The notes under the pieces are model-generated. The model made no database searches. It saw only the letters and a program-made list of their open reading frames with translations, and was not told where the DNA came from. Both the position numbers and the translations under genes were made by a program. This document shows positions 62,059 to 64,000 of a stretch of 64,000 bases of DNA, piece after piece (within the stretch, counting starts at the first letter, position 1; each line of letters begins with the position of its first letter). Source of the DNA: Gracilinanus agilis (lineage: Eukaryota); assembly GCF_016433145.1 (NCBI RefSeq), contig NC_058131.1:405326875-405390874 (forward strand), in the 5' to 3' direction.

Positions 62059-62200
62059 TCTGGCCTCAGACACTTCCCAGCTGTGTGACACTGGGCAAGC
62101 CACTTAATCCACATTGCCCAGCCCTTACCACTCTTTTACCTCGGAACCAGTACACAGTATTGATTCTAAGATGGAAGGTAAGGTTTGAAAAAAAAAAAAA
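62059..62200 (+). mobile_element. 5'-truncated SINE
   Basis: TSD AAAAGATGGCA on both sides. Confidence 0.82.
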
Positions 62201-63311
62201 AGATGGCACCCTGGATATTAAACAGCCAGACCCAAATGTGCTGTCTATATACACCCAAGCTACTGCCCCAGGGCCCCTGGAAAGGCAAAGAACAGATCAG
62301 CCAAAGAGACATTTAGCACTAGTCTCCAGGTCTAGCAGTTTCCAAAGCTCTTATTTTGCCTATGAATTGTATTCTAAGTAATGGTTCTCCTTGGTTTGGA
62401 GTTGCCTCAGATCCAACTATCAGAAGTATCAAAAGTTGAGGGGTACATGCTTCTTTAGAATTTCTACTGGCTAAAACAGTCCTTCTAAGCTTGGAGCAAC
62501 AGGGACTGGAGCGGGGCACTGAAATGATCCATCCCTTCTCTCCTCTACCTTCCATTCTCCCTTGATTTGAAGGAGTCTCTTCTGAGCTTCTTTCCTCAAT
62601 AAGGGCTAGGAGGAGGTGGAATCTTGTCTCTGCTCTGACTTTAAGCATGTCTTTTTTTTATCTTTCTAGGGAATAACATTAGGGGCTCTGTTTCAGAATA
62701 GAAGAAGAACTAGACAATTTAGGAAGCAATAGATAAGAGAGATTTTACCATGAAGGTCTTTTGGAGCCATTTTGCAGTGAGGTAAATGAACATATGTGCT
62801 CAGGCAGGTCTCAGGAGCAGGATGGATGTGCTCCTTTCTCCCACATCATGATCCTCTGTAACTGGAATGGGTTGCTTTCTTCCCTTTACCTTGTAAATTT
62901 GTGGTGGTGGTGTTCAGTGGTTTCTGTTCTGTCCTACTCTATGTGACTCCATTTAGTGTATTCTTGGTAAAGATCTTGGAGTGGTTTGCCATTTCCTTCT
63001 CTAACTCATTTTCCAGATGAGCAAACTGAGGGAAACAGGGTTAAGTGACTTGCCCAGAGTCACACAGCTAGTAAGTATCTGGGGCCAGATTTGATGAAAG
63101 GAAGATGAATCCTGCTGACCAGACCTGGATCTCTATTCACTGCACCACCTAGCTTCCCCATGTAGATGTCTTAGCTTCCTTCACAGCACAACTCTGATAC
63201 TAGCTCCTACCCAAGTCTTTTCCTAACATTTCAAAGTGACCTGATAATTATTCTGCTTTCCTTCTGGAAATTACTTAGTATATATTTAGTCCCTGAAATC
63301 TGTAGAAAGGG

Positions 63312-63313
<2 letters not shown>

Positions 63314-63361
<48 letters not shown>
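63314..63361. repeat. (CA)n microsatellite
   Basis: Directly visible. Confidence 0.95.
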
Positions 63362-63363
<2 letters not shown>

Positions 63364-64000
63364 TTGTCTATAGATGTTGTATTCTGCCAACACCGTGAGA
63401 GGTAAGGAGTTTTGCTTTTTTATCTTCAGACTTATAAAGTGTCTCACACAGATCCTTAATAAATATTTGTCAAATTGAATTGAATTTCCTTGGATGGAAA
63501 TCAACTCCTACTGACTTTGAGTCTCTTCTGTAAGTCTTTTGCCTCCTGATTCTACCTTTTTTTGTACTTCTTCTATTTTAGATTAAAGATTTATAGTTCT
63601 TCTCTGTCCAGTCCATCATCTTCCTGATTCTCCCCTCCATGGGCTCTGGAATTAGAAGGTTGAACTCAAATCCTGCCTTTGACAATTACTACCTTTGTGT
63701 GATCTTAAGCAAGTCTCTTTTAATTTCCCTGGGCCTCAGTTTCCCCATTCTGTGAAATGAGGGAGGTGGACTAAATGGCCTCTAGGGTCCCTTCCAGTTC
63801 TAGGTTTAGGATTTTGTGGTTTTCCAACAGTCTACTCTCTTTTCTCTTTAGCCAAATAACCACCAGGTCAAGCTTCAAGGGGGAGGGAGCAAGACTTCAG
63901 TATTCTGATGGACTCCCTTAAGATGTTGGGTGGAGATTGGACTGGGTAGTCTCCATATCCATTCACCACCCTCTGGGTGCTTCCTGTGTGACAGACCACC

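Noticed and set aside
59200-64000. Start of the next syntenic gene (CDC23 in human)
   Set aside because: No CpG island or recognisable coding exon in this interval; the region is repeat-rich intergenic sequence.

Overview
Vertebrate genomic DNA, most likely a marsupial (Monodelphis-like, inferred from SINE1_Mdo-type SINEs, MAR1 CORE-SINEs and opossum-type LTR/hAT elements), syntenic to human 5q31.2. I reconstructed four multi-exon genes by hand from GT-AG junctions and exon phases. (1) FAM53C (- strand, CDS 498-3921, 392 aa). (2) A short-exon gene whose core exons the ORF track misses: a histone stem-loop binding protein paralogue, SLBP2 (- strand, ~8534-11707), with an intact RNA-binding domain and an uncertain, possibly decayed C-terminal exon. 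(3) CDC25C (+ strand, CDS 14784-37292, 410 aa), head-to-head with SLBP2 on a shared NF-Y/CHR promoter. The exon that carries Ser216 (the 14-3-3 site) and the NLS in human CDC25C survives here only as a frameshifted pseudo-exon (32008-32131). (4) GFRA3 (+ strand, CDS 47795-59105, 410 aa). The introns are dense with SINEs, L1/L2 fragments, solo LTRs and two hAT MITEs. There is also a tRNA-Met relic inside a fold-back, and a ~490-nt N gap beside an (AAGG)n repeat. Comparisons with human or bovine proteins are from memory and need database confirmation.
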